From assembly GCA_964549935.1 (NCBI GenBank), contig CAZJVT010000001.1, forward strand, positions 219,922 to 283,921: a stretch of DNA of 64,000 nucleotides. Direction: 5' to 3'. The notes beneath the pieces were generated by a model. That model made no database searches and had not been told where the DNA came from. It saw only the letters and a program-made list of their open reading frames with translations. The DNA comes from an uncultured Candidatus Saccharibacteria bacterium. GTDB taxonomy: Bacteria > Patescibacteriota > Minisyncoccia > UBA6257 > 1-14-0-10-44-23. The position numbers were made by a program, and so were the translations under genes. Each line of letters begins with the position of its first letter. The first letter of the stretch is position 1. Below, piece by piece: positions 51,249 through 61,174 of this stretch.

Positions 51249-51962
51249 ATGGAAGACGTAAAGCCACAACAGAATACGAATCCAGTAGCTCCCGCCTCCG
51301 CCGAGGCTTCGGTGGGCAAGCCTGCCGCAGCTCCGAAGGCAGCCGCTCCAGCCGGTCGTCCGGGTTTTGACAGCCGCCGTGGTCCTGGTGGTGCAAGCCG
51401 TGGTCCGGGTATGGGTGGTCGTGGTCCAGGTGGCGCAGGTCGCCCGGGAGGCCGTGGTCCAGGTGGCAACCGTCCTTTTGTTAAGAAAGACGAGTTCCAA
51501 GAGCAGACGCTTGATATGCGCCGCGTCGTCCGTGTTATGGCCGGTGGTAAGCGTTTCCGCTTCCGTGCAACTATCGTCATCGGTGACCTCCGTGGTCGCG
51601 TTGGTGTCGGTATGGGTAAGGGTCTCGACGTGCAGCAGGCTATTGCCAAGGCGCAGCGTGATGCTCGTAAACATTTGATCGTTGTCCCTCTTTCAAAGCG
51701 CACTATTCCGCACGAGGTTGAGGCTAAGTTTTCAGCTGCTCGTATCCGCTTGAAGCCGGCCCGCGAAGGTCACGGACTTGTCGCCGGAGGTGCCGCTCGC
51801 GCCGTGCTTTCTCTCGCCGGCATCAAAGACGTTACCGCCAAGACTCTTGGCCGTACGCCGAACCAGGTGACCAACGCCCTTGCAACCTTTGAAGCTTTGA
51901 AACAACTCAAAGCCCGCAAGCCGAAGGCCGAAAAGAAAGTCGTCGCCGAAGCTGCTAAGTAA
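51249..51962 (+). CDS. rpsE: 30S ribosomal protein S5 with Gly/Arg-rich N-terminal extension
   Basis: RVVRVMAGGKRFRF, GLVAGGAAR. Confidence 0.96.
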   Translation: MEDVKPQQNTNPVAPASAEASVGKPAAAPKAAAPAGRPGFDSRRGPGGASRGPGMGGRGPGGAGRPGGRGPGGNRPFVKKDEFQEQTLDMRRVVRVMAGGKRFRFRATIVIGDLRGRVGVGMGKGLDVQQAIAKAQRDARKHLIVVPLSKRTIPHEVEAKFSAARIRLKPAREGHGLVAGGAARAVLSLAGIKDVTAKTLGRTPNQVTNALATFEALKQLKARKPKAEKKVVAEAAK

Positions 51963-51982
51963 TCTGAATATTTTCTACTTCT

Positions 51983-52396
51983 ATGGAACTCCATCAATTA
52001 AAACGCAAACACCCGAACGCTAATAAGAGCCCGCGTGTTGGTCGCGGAGGTAAGCGTGGTACGACTTCTGGTAAGGGCACCAAGGGTCAGAAGTCACGTT
52101 CCGGTCACCGCATTCGTCCGGCTATGCGCGAATTCATCCAGCGCTTGCCGAAGTTGCGCGGTTACGCCAACAAATCAATCGCCGAAGAGGCGGCTGTTAT
52201 CTCGCTCCCGATGCTTGCTAAGCTTGCTTCACCGGTTTCTATGAAAACCATCGTTGAGGCTGGTTACGCAAAGCACGGTCAGCCGGTTAAGGTGCTTGGC
52301 AACGGCGAACTCAAGAAGGCGATTACGCTTGAAGGCGTGAAGGTCTCGGCAAAAGCCAAGGCTGCTATCGAGAAGGCGGGCGGTGCAGTAAAGTAG
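51983..52396 (+). CDS. rplO: 50S ribosomal protein L15
   Basis: RVGRGG..GKGTKGQKSR, KVLGNG; directly follows rpsE with no rpmD. Confidence 0.95.
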   Translation: MELHQLKRKHPNANKSPRVGRGGKRGTTSGKGTKGQKSRSGHRIRPAMREFIQRLPKLRGYANKSIAEEAAVISLPMLAKLASPVSMKTIVEAGYAKHGQPVKVLGNGELKKAITLEGVKVSAKAKAAIEKAGGAVK

Positions 52397-52420
52397 TTTT
52401 CTTTCGTAAAACAATATCTT

Positions 52421-53692
52421 ATGCAAAAGTTCCTCCAACTGTTTCGAGTCCCAGAACTGCGCAAAAAAGTCCTCACGGTTGCAGGTTTACTTATCGTCTT
52501 CCGTTTGCTCGCCACTATCCCGGTGCCGGGTATTGATGCCGCCCAGCTCGCTAATGTGCTCGGTCAGAACCAGTTCCTCGGTTTCGTAAACTTGCTCTCC
52601 GGTGGCAGCCTCTCGAGTATGTCAATCTTGATGCTCGGTGTCGGTCCATACATCACGGGTTCCATCATCATGCAGCTCATGACGATGATGAGCAGCCGCC
52701 TCAAGCAGCTTTACTATGAAGAGGGAGCTATGGGCCGTATGAAGTTTAACCAGTACTCACGCTACCTGACTGTGCCGCTCGCGTTTCTTTCCGGTTACGG
52801 TTTCTTGAACCTCCTCGCTCGTCAGGGCGTGCTTCCGCAGCTCGGCGGTTTCCAGCTTATCACGACGCTTGTTATTATCACCGCCGGCTCATGTATCTTG
52901 ATGTGGCTCGGTGAGCTCATTAGCGAGCAGAAGATGGGCAACGGAATTTCCTTAATCATCTTTGCCGGTATCGTCTCACGTCTTCCGACCACGATTCAGC
53001 AGATGATCGCCAGTTACACGCCGGATCAGCTCGTGACTTATGTCGTGATTGCCGTGCTAGCCATTGCCGTTATCGCCGGCGTTATCTTCGTTAGCGAGGG
53101 TGAGCGCAAGATCGCCGTTACGTATGCTAAGCGCGTTCGCGGCAACAAGATGTACGGAGGCGTCACCAGCTATCTGCCTTTGAAGGTTAACCAGGCTGGT
53201 GTTATCCCTATCATCTTTGCGGTTTCGATTTTGCTCTTCCCGCAGTTGCTCGCACAGCTTCTTGCTATCTTCTCGGTGGATCTTTCGGTTTCACTACAGA
53301 ACACGGTTACGACTTTCTTAAACAACCAGGGGATTTACGCGATTATCTATTTCGTCCTCGTCGTCGCGTTTACCTACTTCTACACTGCCATCAGCTTTAA
53401 CCCGGATGAGCTTTCCAAGAACTTGCAGCAGTCCGGTGGCTTTATCCCGGGTATTCGTCCGGGTGAGCCGACGACAGAGTTCTTAAAGAGCACGAGTGGC
53501 CGCATTACGTTCTTTGGTGCCGTTTTCCTTGGTATCGTTGCCATCTTGCCGAATATCGTGCAGATGTTTACTGGCTTCCGTAGCTTCACGATTGGTGGTA
53601 CCGCACTGCTCATCGTCGTCTCGGTGGCACTTGAGATCGCTCGACAGGTTAACTCGCAGCTTACGATCCGCGAGTACGACTCAATAGGGTAG
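52421..53692 (+). CDS. secY: Preprotein translocase SecY
   Basis: LGVGPYIT, GNGISLIIF, GVIPIIFA, IPGIRPG, GGTALLIVV. Confidence 0.97.
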   Translation: MQKFLQLFRVPELRKKVLTVAGLLIVFRLLATIPVPGIDAAQLANVLGQNQFLGFVNLLSGGSLSSMSILMLGVGPYITGSIIMQLMTMMSSRLKQLYYEEGAMGRMKFNQYSRYLTVPLAFLSGYGFLNLLARQGVLPQLGGFQLITTLVIITAGSCILMWLGELISEQKMGNGISLIIFAGIVSRLPTTIQQMIASYTPDQLVTYVVIAVLAIAVIAGVIFVSEGERKIAVTYAKRVRGNKMYGGVTSYLPLKVNQAGVIPIIFAVSILLFPQLLAQLLAIFSVDLSVSLQNTVTTFLNNQGIYAIIYFVLVVAFTYFYTAISFNPDELSKNLQQSGGFIPGIRPGEPTTEFLKSTSGRITFFGAVFLGIVAILPNIVQMFTGFRSFTIGGTALLIVVSVALEIARQVNSQLTIREYDSIG

Positions 53693-53794
53693 GGGACGTA
53701 AAGCGTTGAGCGTGTAACGTGTAACGTAGAAAAGAAATCAAACCATTCCGGGCGGGCGCTACTGCGCCCGCCCGGTTTTGTTCGTATAATTCCG

Positions 53795-53832
53795 GGTATC
53801 ACTGATTACTACGGCCGTAGTAATCAGTGATA
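53795..53832. repeat. Perfect 38-bp palindrome
   Basis: gtatcactgattactacgg|ccgtagtaatcagtgatac. Confidence 0.8.
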
Positions 53833-53978
53833 CGGGTTGAGCTGTATTAAAATAGTTCTATCATCTGGCCAGAAATCAGAATCGGCCAGCCCTCGAAAGG
53901 ACCGGCCGATTCAGCTCGCCATTTGTCGCAGCTACACTGCTGCGACCTGCCCGGGTTGCGGGCGCGCCTGGCGGGGCG

Positions 53979-54464
53979 CTATTTCTTCTCGTCGTATCCG
54001 ACGATGAGAGTCAGCGAGTTTTCCGGCGGGCTGGAGATCGCCGGTATCAGTCCGTCGCGCGGATATGCGCATCGTTGGACCTTGACTCGACTGCCCCTGG
54101 GGTAGGGCTTCTGTTCGGCGCAGTTCATCATCGCAATGAACTCGCTGCTCAGATTGCGAACCCCGTCCCAGTTTTCCGGGAGCGTCCCGTCAGACTTCAG
54201 GAGCCTGCGCTCCTTGAGCTGATCTTCCTTGCAGACGGCGACGTAGTACAGGTCGCCTGCCCACCGGAGCGGGTAGTCCATGACGATGTAGCCGTCTTCC
54301 AGCTTGTTGGTCGCCCTGAATTGCTGCATCGTGAAGGGCATGCGCCCCTTGGCTTCGAGCGCGCCGGCAGTCGGCCCGGTGCCTTCGGCCTCCAGCGACT
54401 GCCGAATCCCATTGACCAGAGCGAGAGCCAGCAGCGCGATGACTATCCAGTGTCTTTTCTTCAC
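53979..54464 (-). CDS. Secreted or membrane-anchored orphan protein (cassette-like)
   Basis: TTGACA-N18-TGTAAT (54542-54513), GGAGG RBS + GTG, signal-like N-terminus, TAG stop, hairpin 53879-53912. Confidence 0.7.
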   Translation of the reverse strand: MKKRHWIVIALLALALVNGIRQSLEAEGTGPTAGALEAKGRMPFTMQQFRATNKLEDGYIVMDYPLRWAGDLYYVAVCKEDQLKERRLLKSDGTLPENWDGVRNLSSEFIAMMNCAEQKPYPRGSRVKVQRCAYPRDGLIPAISSPPENSLTLIVGYDEKK

Positions 54465-54652
54465 GGCCCACCTCCATTTCCCAGCGGGCGGTATGCCCTA
54501 GCTGTTAAATATATTACAGCACACTTTATGATATTTTGTCAAGTATTGGAGCCAGAGTTAACTATTGGCGCCGCCCAGGCCAAAATCCTCGATTCCATAG
54601 ACTTTTCTGCACCCTATTGCATGTTGATTATATTTGTTACAATTAATAGCAA

Positions 54653-55768
54653 ATGGCTATTCGCTCCGTAGAATCACTCAAAAACCTTGCTGGGAAAACT
54701 GTGCTTTTGCGCGTGGACTTTAACGTGGAAACGCCGCGCGATGCGCTGCGCCTGACTCGTTCCTTGCCGACGATTAAATATTTACTTGGTCAGCGAGCCC
54801 GTGTCGTACTCATCAGTCACCGTGGCCGGCCGGAGGGTTCGGTCGTTCCGGAGTTAAGCCTCAAGATTTTACTGCCGTTTTTGCGTCGCAAAGCCAGCCA
54901 GAGCATTTTCTTATTTGATCACTTCAACTTCGCGCACATTCGCGCGCAAGTTCACGCCGCCCGCCCGGGGACACTTTTTATGCTCGAAAATATCCGCTTC
55001 CTTTCCGGCGAAGAAAACGACGACCTAGCCGCCCGCAAAAAGTTGGCTGCGCAGTTGGCCGAACTTGGCGACTACTACGTCAACGACGCATTTGCTGTGT
55101 GTCACCGCGCCGGCGCCTCGATTACCGAGCTACCGCGTTTGCTGCCAGCCTACGCCGGATTTATCGTCCAGGAGGAGGTTACGAAATTGACGACCGTGCT
55201 TAAAAAGCCAAAGTTGCCGCTCGTTGTGGTTGTTGGCGGCGGTAAGGCGAAGGATAAGTTTGCGGTGGTTCACAATCTGCACCGCAAGGCGTCGCACTTT
55301 TTAATTGGCGGAGTACTGGCCAACACATTCTTGAAAGCGCGTGGCGTGGACATTGGCTATTCGGCGACCGACAACAGTATTTTTGATGACGTAAAGCGCA
55401 GCCTCAAAGACAAAAAGATCTCTCTGCCGCTTGATTGGATCGTTGGCGATACGGGAAAGATTTCGGATATTGGCCCACTGACCGTGGATTCCTTTGCCTC
55501 CGTCATTTCTGGCGCCAAAACAATTATCTGGAACGGGCCGATGGGAATTTTCGAAGACCCACGCTACCGGGCCGGTTCACTAGCCATTTCTAAGGCGATT
55601 GCCAAGAGCAAAGCCTTTTCAATTATTGGCGGCGGTGAGACGACGCAGTTTGTCGATCAGATTCGCATGGCCGACAAGTTTGATTTTCTCTCAACCGGTG
55701 GCGGCGCGATGCTGGAGCTCTTGGCAGGGAAGAAGTTGCCCGGAATCGAAGCTTTAAAAAAGAAATAA
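54653..55768 (+). CDS. pgk: Phosphoglycerate kinase
   Basis: RVDFNV, SHRGRP, LENIRF, NDAF, WNGPMG, STGGGA. Confidence 0.95.
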   Translation: MAIRSVESLKNLAGKTVLLRVDFNVETPRDALRLTRSLPTIKYLLGQRARVVLISHRGRPEGSVVPELSLKILLPFLRRKASQSIFLFDHFNFAHIRAQVHAARPGTLFMLENIRFLSGEENDDLAARKKLAAQLAELGDYYVNDAFAVCHRAGASITELPRLLPAYAGFIVQEEVTKLTTVLKKPKLPLVVVVGGGKAKDKFAVVHNLHRKASHFLIGGVLANTFLKARGVDIGYSATDNSIFDDVKRSLKDKKISLPLDWIVGDTGKISDIGPLTVDSFASVISGAKTIIWNGPMGIFEDPRYRAGSLAISKAIAKSKAFSIIGGGETTQFVDQIRMADKFDFLSTGGGAMLELLAGKKLPGIEALKKK

Positions 55769-55771
55769 CCT

Positions 55772-56326
55772 ATGATTTTTCTAAAAGAGGGTCTTGACGT
55801 TAGAGATTTCGACCTCGTTTTCGTCGACTGCGAGTTCACGGGGCTCGAGGCGAAGCACGAGGTTGTCGAAATTGGATTCGTAAAAGTTAAGGCGGGAAGT
55901 TACGATGTAATCGCGCAGAAGTCTATCAAGATTAAGCCGACCCGACTTGCTGACGCCAACCCGGAGTCGCTGGCTATTTCGGGCTATAACGAAGTTGATT
56001 GGAAGGACGCCGTGGATTTAAAAACCGGACTCGAGGATTTTTTGAGCTACACCGACGGTGCGATGCTGGCCGGGCAAAACTTGGCGATTGACTGGTTCTT
56101 CTTAAAAAAGTCTTTGGCCGAGTGCGGACTCAAAGAAAATTACTTCTACAAAGGCCTTGATACCTTTACGCTAGCCTGGTCGCGGCTTTCCGGTGAGCGC
56201 GATATCAAGCGCTTTTCGCTTTCCGAGCTCGCGCCACGCTTTAGCGTCGACGCCGGAACGCAGCACCGGGCGCTTGATGACGCCCGCACAACATATCGTG
56301 TTTTCTTAAAGCTGATCGGACGCTAA
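55772..56326 (+). CDS. DEDDh 3'-5' exonuclease (DnaQ-like)
   Basis: FVDCEFTGL, HRALDDA. Confidence 0.88.
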   Translation: MIFLKEGLDVRDFDLVFVDCEFTGLEAKHEVVEIGFVKVKAGSYDVIAQKSIKIKPTRLADANPESLAISGYNEVDWKDAVDLKTGLEDFLSYTDGAMLAGQNLAIDWFFLKKSLAECGLKENYFYKGLDTFTLAWSRLSGERDIKRFSLSELAPRFSVDAGTQHRALDDARTTYRVFLKLIGR

Positions 56327-56330
56327 CAGT

Positions 56331-56738
56331 ATGGTAGACGTCATCATCTACACCGACGGCGGTAGCCGCGGCAATCCGGGCCCTTCGGCTTCAGGTTATA
56401 CAGTAAACGGCAAGCCATACGGCAAATACCTAGGCGTCACGACTAATAACGTCGCCGAGTACACCGCGATTAAACTTGCCCTGGAACAAGCCAAAGCCGA
56501 CCTTGGCGGTAAAGCCAAAGAGGCGCACGTCGAAGTACGAATGGATAGTCAGCTAGCCCAGCGGCAGCTTATCGGAAAATACAAAATGAAAAATGCCGGC
56601 CTGCGACCGATTTTTGACGCTATCAACGTGCTGCGTCGTGATTTTCGTTCAGTGTTGTTCATCCACGTTCCGCGCGAAGAAAACAAGGCGGCCGACGCCG
56701 CTGTTAATAAAGCCTTAAACGAAGTGGTGGGAATGTAG
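56331..56738 (+). CDS. rnhA: Ribonuclease HI
   Basis: YTDGGSRGNPGP, TNNVAEY, DSQL, HVPREEN..AD. Confidence 0.92.
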   Translation: MVDVIIYTDGGSRGNPGPSASGYTVNGKPYGKYLGVTTNNVAEYTAIKLALEQAKADLGGKAKEAHVEVRMDSQLAQRQLIGKYKMKNAGLRPIFDAINVLRRDFRSVLFIHVPREENKAADAAVNKALNEVVGM

Positions 56739-56880
56739 GATATACCCCCACACCAAGAGATAGCGCGTTTCAATAAAGCTGGTTAGCAAGGGCTAGCGCT
56801 TTGTGTGTGGATAACAAAGTAGGGAATCTCTTGGTGTGGGGGTATACTGAAGTAAACAGTAAACTATTACATTTTTAACC

Positions 56881-59424
56881 ATGTTTCATTTTCCGACGAA
56901 AGCGGGGTTTTACAGTTTTCTTTTATTAATTGGTGCAACAGCCAGCATGTTGCTTGGTGCGTCGGTTCGGAATCTTGTTTCCGAGAGTAACACCAGAACA
57001 ACCTATCTGGGTTTGGCAGCTATGCAATTTGCAGCTCCTGCCGCAATTACGAGCGTACCATCGCAACCAACAGGCTTTATTAGTAGCGACACCCGCTTTG
57101 CGGTTGCGTCGGCCTTGCCTTCGGTGGTGCAGTTTGCCAGTGACGGCAGCGAGAAGTATGAAGTTGTTACCCAGCCAAAATTGGCAGCGGGTGATGGAGA
57201 GCACGAAGTTATTTCAGTCTTAAAAGGCGAGGCAGTTGTTTTGACGCCTTGGAAGAAGTGGGCCACTCCTGCTCCGGGCGCATCGTGGATTAGCTACAGT
57301 AAAAAGACCGGGGCGAATAAAGACGGAAATGCACGGAATAAAGGCCCGATGAACGGCACAGTTGTTCGCTTTACAAAAAATGTTGAACTTGCCGCCCCGA
57401 GCGTTTCAGGCTTGATTGCGGTGATGGCTGATGACACAGTGAAAGTTTCGGTTGACGGTAAACAGCTTTTTTCCAGCAAGAACGGGCAGCGCGGGCTGTC
57501 ACAAACTCCGAAAATCGTAACAGTTCCAAAGCTTACGGCCGGCAAGCATAAGTTCACGTTCGACGTTGCGCAGTACGATCAGGCAGACGCGCGTCCTTTC
57601 GGCGTGACATTTAACGGTTATCTGATGGGTGCGCCCGCAGCGAGCGAACAGAAAGTTGCCGGCGGCACTTCTATGATAAAGCTTGGAACGCTTGCTTTCT
57701 TGGGTAACGGCAGTGAGCAGACACTGACGTATCTTAAAGTATCTATTAATCACCTTGATCCGACTTTTACGAGCGTCGGGACAATTCCCGCCGGCGAGAT
57801 TAAAAATATTCAACTGATTGATGAATCGACTGGAATCGTCGTGAAGGCGATCCCTAACTATCGCGTCACTTCGGACACGACTTGGTGTGCTTATGCCGGT
57901 AGTGCAAACAAGTATGGCTTAAGCTGTAACTTTGGCAGCACGCAGAAACCGATCAGCTACACCTTCCCGGCTGCGCCGCTTGGTACGCCGCGAGTAATTT
58001 CGTTGTTTGCCGACGTGGCGACAACCGGGAAAACGTACACGTTGCAGGCGAGCTTTGAGGGTGGAGTCGACAATCTTCGCAGTATCGCTCCGGCTTCAAA
58101 AGAAGAGGCTCGCTATAATACTCCGGCTGTAGCAGGCGCAGCAATCACGGTTTCAGCTTCAACCCCGACAGGCGAGACAACTGATACTTCAGGGGGCACG
58201 ACGAGTGGCGCATCGGGGAACGGGACTACGCCGGCTGCTGCTCCGACGCAGTGCCAGCAGTACCGTACAGCCTCGCCGGAAACCTATGATGATTGTATAG
58301 AAAACCCTGCGGCGTATCCTTCTGCCGGTTCGAGTGGCTCCACCGGAAGCAGCGGTTCAACGGGCGGCATAGTTAGCAACGACAGCAAAAATGACAACCA
58401 CGGTGCGACTAACTCCACCGGAAGCGTCAGCGGTAGTTCTTCGGCGGGCGGTAGCGGAGCTCTCTCGGTGACACCTCCTCCGCTTTCTCTCCCAATTTCT
58501 TATCTGACTATTGCCACTGATTCTGCGACTCCGGTCGGCAAGAAGATTTACGGAGGTAATGCGGGGATTCCTCTTCTTAAGGTTCGTTTAAGTGTTGACG
58601 CGGCCCCGGTTGGCGTTAAGATAACGCAGCTTAGGTTTGTTGATAACGTGCAGGATGCCGGCGGTCAGCCGACATTCGCGAAGTTTACGCTTTACCGGAA
58701 CGGCGGAGTGGTAGGAGATAATTCGACGTATGTTATTAATGAGAAACCGGGTATTGCTACGATTCTCTTTAAGACGCCGCTCGAAATTCAGTCTGCCGGT
58801 GTTACGACGCTCGAGCTTCGCGGCACAGTCCTTAGTTTTCCGGAAAAAATTGGTGCCGGCTCGGTGCACGCCTTTAGTCTTGCCGCCGCCGATGTTGTTG
58901 CCACTAATGCTAATGTAAATGGCTCCGCGCTCGGTAATCCTTTTACAGCCTACCGAACTTCAATTGATCTCCCAACGCCGGTCGCCATCGGGCCGGGGGT
59001 GAGCCGTGTTCGGACGAGCGTCGACGAGGTTGTCTCTGTGCCGTTTAAAAACGGCGGAGCGATTCCGGCAAAAATTACCAGTGTCAAATTCAAGATCAGC
59101 GGTTCGGCGCTTGTCGGCGTCACTCCGTTTGTCGTTGATTTGCTAAGCGATACAAATTCCTCGTTTGGTGCGCAGAGCTGCACGCCGGTTAACGGCACTT
59201 GCTACGTTGAATTTTCGCTCGGCAATCTTCAGCTTGCCGCCGGACAGACGCGGTCAGTTCGTATGCGTGTCAATTCGAGCAAGTTTAAGAATGATACCGC
59301 CGCGCTTGATACCTTTAGCGTCATGATAGAAAGTGGCGCGGATGTAACCTACAACGACGGAGTTTCGACGCTCAATCTGGACATCCCGTCTCCAAAGACG
59401 ATCGTTTCGTTGATCTATCAATAG
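56881..59424 (+). CDS. Large secreted surface protein; C-terminus paralogous to 38340..40937
   Basis: N-terminal TM, jelly-roll-like ADD..V.VDG motif, Ser/Gly linker, shared SRVRT.VD.V and R.NSS.F.N motifs. Confidence 0.75.
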   Translation: MFHFPTKAGFYSFLLLIGATASMLLGASVRNLVSESNTRTTYLGLAAMQFAAPAAITSVPSQPTGFISSDTRFAVASALPSVVQFASDGSEKYEVVTQPKLAAGDGEHEVISVLKGEAVVLTPWKKWATPAPGASWISYSKKTGANKDGNARNKGPMNGTVVRFTKNVELAAPSVSGLIAVMADDTVKVSVDGKQLFSSKNGQRGLSQTPKIVTVPKLTAGKHKFTFDVAQYDQADARPFGVTFNGYLMGAPAASEQKVAGGTSMIKLGTLAFLGNGSEQTLTYLKVSINHLDPTFTSVGTIPAGEIKNIQLIDESTGIVVKAIPNYRVTSDTTWCAYAGSANKYGLSCNFGSTQKPISYTFPAAPLGTPRVISLFADVATTGKTYTLQASFEGGVDNLRSIAPASKEEARYNTPAVAGAAITVSASTPTGETTDTSGGTTSGASGNGTTPAAAPTQCQQYRTASPETYDDCIENPAAYPSAGSSGSTGSSGSTGGIVSNDSKNDNHGATNSTGSVSGSSSAGGSGALSVTPPPLSLPISYLTIATDSATPVGKKIYGGNAGIPLLKVRLSVDAAPVGVKITQLRFVDNVQDAGGQPTFAKFTLYRNGGVVGDNSTYVINEKPGIATILFKTPLEIQSAGVTTLELRGTVLSFPEKIGAGSVHAFSLAAADVVATNANVNGSALGNPFTAYRTSIDLPTPVAIGPGVSRVRTSVDEVVSVPFKNGGAIPAKITSVKFKISGSALVGVTPFVVDLLSDTNSSFGAQSCTPVNGTCYVEFSLGNLQLAAGQTRSVRMRVNSSKFKNDTAALDTFSVMIESGADVTYNDGVSTLNLDIPSPKTIVSLIYQ

Positions 59425-59459
59425 AGGATATAACGGGAGCCCGTTTTGCTCGGTACAAC

Positions 59460-59489
59460 AAAAAATCCCGCCTTGCAGCGGGATTTTTT
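59460..59489. terminator. Bidirectional terminator
   Basis: aaaaaatcccgc-cttgca-gcgggatttttt. Confidence 0.8.
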
Positions 59490-60013
59490 GGTACCTCGTA
59501 AACGGGATTCTGTTTGAGTGATGATAATTTGTCTGGGCCTATGATTACTCATAAGCTCAAGCGGTACTTCCGTCTTGCGACGGACACGACCTTGCACCTC
59601 GTAAGGATTTAGCCGTTTCACCCCAGCTTTTTTATCTCTATCGCTGGATTAATCCTTTTGGCCTGAGATTAGGATCTCCATGTCTTTTCAGACCGGACGC
59701 GCCTGCACCAGAGTCGCTTACGCGACACGGCGTAGGGCAGTCCTGAACTGTGCTGCCAAAGGCAGCTCTAGTTCATGGACGTCACTGCTCGCACCTGTAC
59801 CTTGCGGTTCGCGGCTGTTAGCCGCTACGTTCCAATGTGGCTCCGAGCGAAGCGAGGCTAGCACATTGAGAACCCCGCAGAATGCGGGGTCTGCCCACGC
59901 CTATGGCGGGGCACTCACTGTTGTAGTTGCTCGAAATACTCGCAAACAACACTGGTGGAGTCCCGATTTTCCTCATCTCCCACTTGCGCAGGGGATGTAA
60001 TCATCCGAGTACC
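59490..60013 (-). ncRNA. rnpB: RNase P RNA (enlarged, ~524 nt)
   Basis: Minus strand: GGUACUCG...GAGGAAAAUCGGGACUCCAC (P4 5'), GGGUGAAACGGCUAAAUCC, GUGCAAG, CCGCUUGAG, ACAGAAUCCCGUUUAC GAGGUACC (P4 3' and P1). Confidence 0.88.
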
Positions 60014-60295
60014 GTTTATTTATATCATAAATGCCGATTTTCGGTCAAATGCAACAAAGTTGCATTAATATAGCCAAGTTTTGTGAATGAGTGTCAATGC
60101 AGGCCAGAAAAGATTATAGAATATAGGCTTTCAGCTGTTTAGGCCTCTATCTATTGACAATTTAAATAATGTATGCTATACTAGTACTTGTCTCATGAAA
60201 TCTCGGTTAAAGGTCCCGTTGGGGCTACTGGGGTGGAGTGGGCATGTAACGCTAGCTTGGGCTTAACGGCCTGGGTTAGGTGGAGGGAGAGAGTC

Positions 60296-61075
60296 ATGGT
60301 CAATCGCAGGAAGTCGTGCATCGCGTCGATCGCGATGGTTCTCGGATTCGTCTTCGGCTGGTGGGGGTTCTCCCCCGACGCCAAGGCCGGCGAGGGCCAG
60401 CTCTTCATCGGCTCGCGGCCGGTGGCGGAAGCGGGCGGCGGCTCGGCCAGCGCCGAGGCGTACCAGAAGTCGGAGGCCAAATCCCGGCGCATCGTGTTCA
60501 ACAACAACACGGGAAGCGAGGCGACCTTCGACCTCACGATCCGCGGCGTCAAGATGACGGGCGCCAGCTTCTATTGGCAGCGCGCCAACACGACGATCAA
60601 GGCGGGCGACGGCTTCTTCAAGGTCCTGCCGCCCGGCGAGTACGCGGGCAGCGCCCGGGATCTCGACGGGAATGTCGTTTCGAAGAAGAAGTTCGTGGTG
60701 ACTTCGAAGCGCGACTACGTGGTGCCGATCGGCACGGCGGTCACTCCGCCGACGCCGACTGGGACGGGGATCCTCCTCGTCAACAACACCGGCGTGACGT
60801 GGAACGTGCTGTTCACGCTCAGCAGTCCGTCGTACCTCGGCGGGGGTGAGCTCGGCTACACCTTCGCAAGTCAGGTTCCGAACCTGGCGATCGCCTCGGC
60901 GCTTCCGCCGACGGGCGATCTCGTCTCGTACACCATCAAGGTGACGACGATGACGACCCCAGCGGTGACGATCACTGCGGGCCCCGGAACGGGAGTCACG
61001 GCGTCGGACGGGAAGACCCGGACGATCGTGCTGGTGAGAAACGCGGATGGAACTTACGGGGTGAAACCCCTCTAG
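60296..61075 (+). CDS. Secreted beta-rich orphan protein (cassette-like)
   Basis: TTGACA-N17-TATACT (60154-60182), GGAGGG RBS, signal peptide (AKA|G), GC-rich codons, TAG stop, hairpin 61095-61127. Confidence 0.75.
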   Translation: MVNRRKSCIASIAMVLGFVFGWWGFSPDAKAGEGQLFIGSRPVAEAGGGSASAEAYQKSEAKSRRIVFNNNTGSEATFDLTIRGVKMTGASFYWQRANTTIKAGDGFFKVLPPGEYAGSARDLDGNVVSKKKFVVTSKRDYVVPIGTAVTPPTPTGTGILLVNNTGVTWNVLFTLSSPSYLGGGELGYTFASQVPNLAIASALPPTGDLVSYTIKVTTMTTPAVTITAGPGTGVTASDGKTRTIVLVRNADGTYGVKPL

Positions 61076-61174
61076 CGCCGTCTGCAGCCCTCTAGTCTCG
61101 AGTGGTGCCTCACGGCGCCACTCGAGACAGAAAGGATTAATAAGTTCAAAAACTGCTATACTACAAATTCGATT

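Noticed and set aside
59680-60000. 106-aa ORF on the + strand
   Set aside because: It lies antisense within the RNase P RNA gene.
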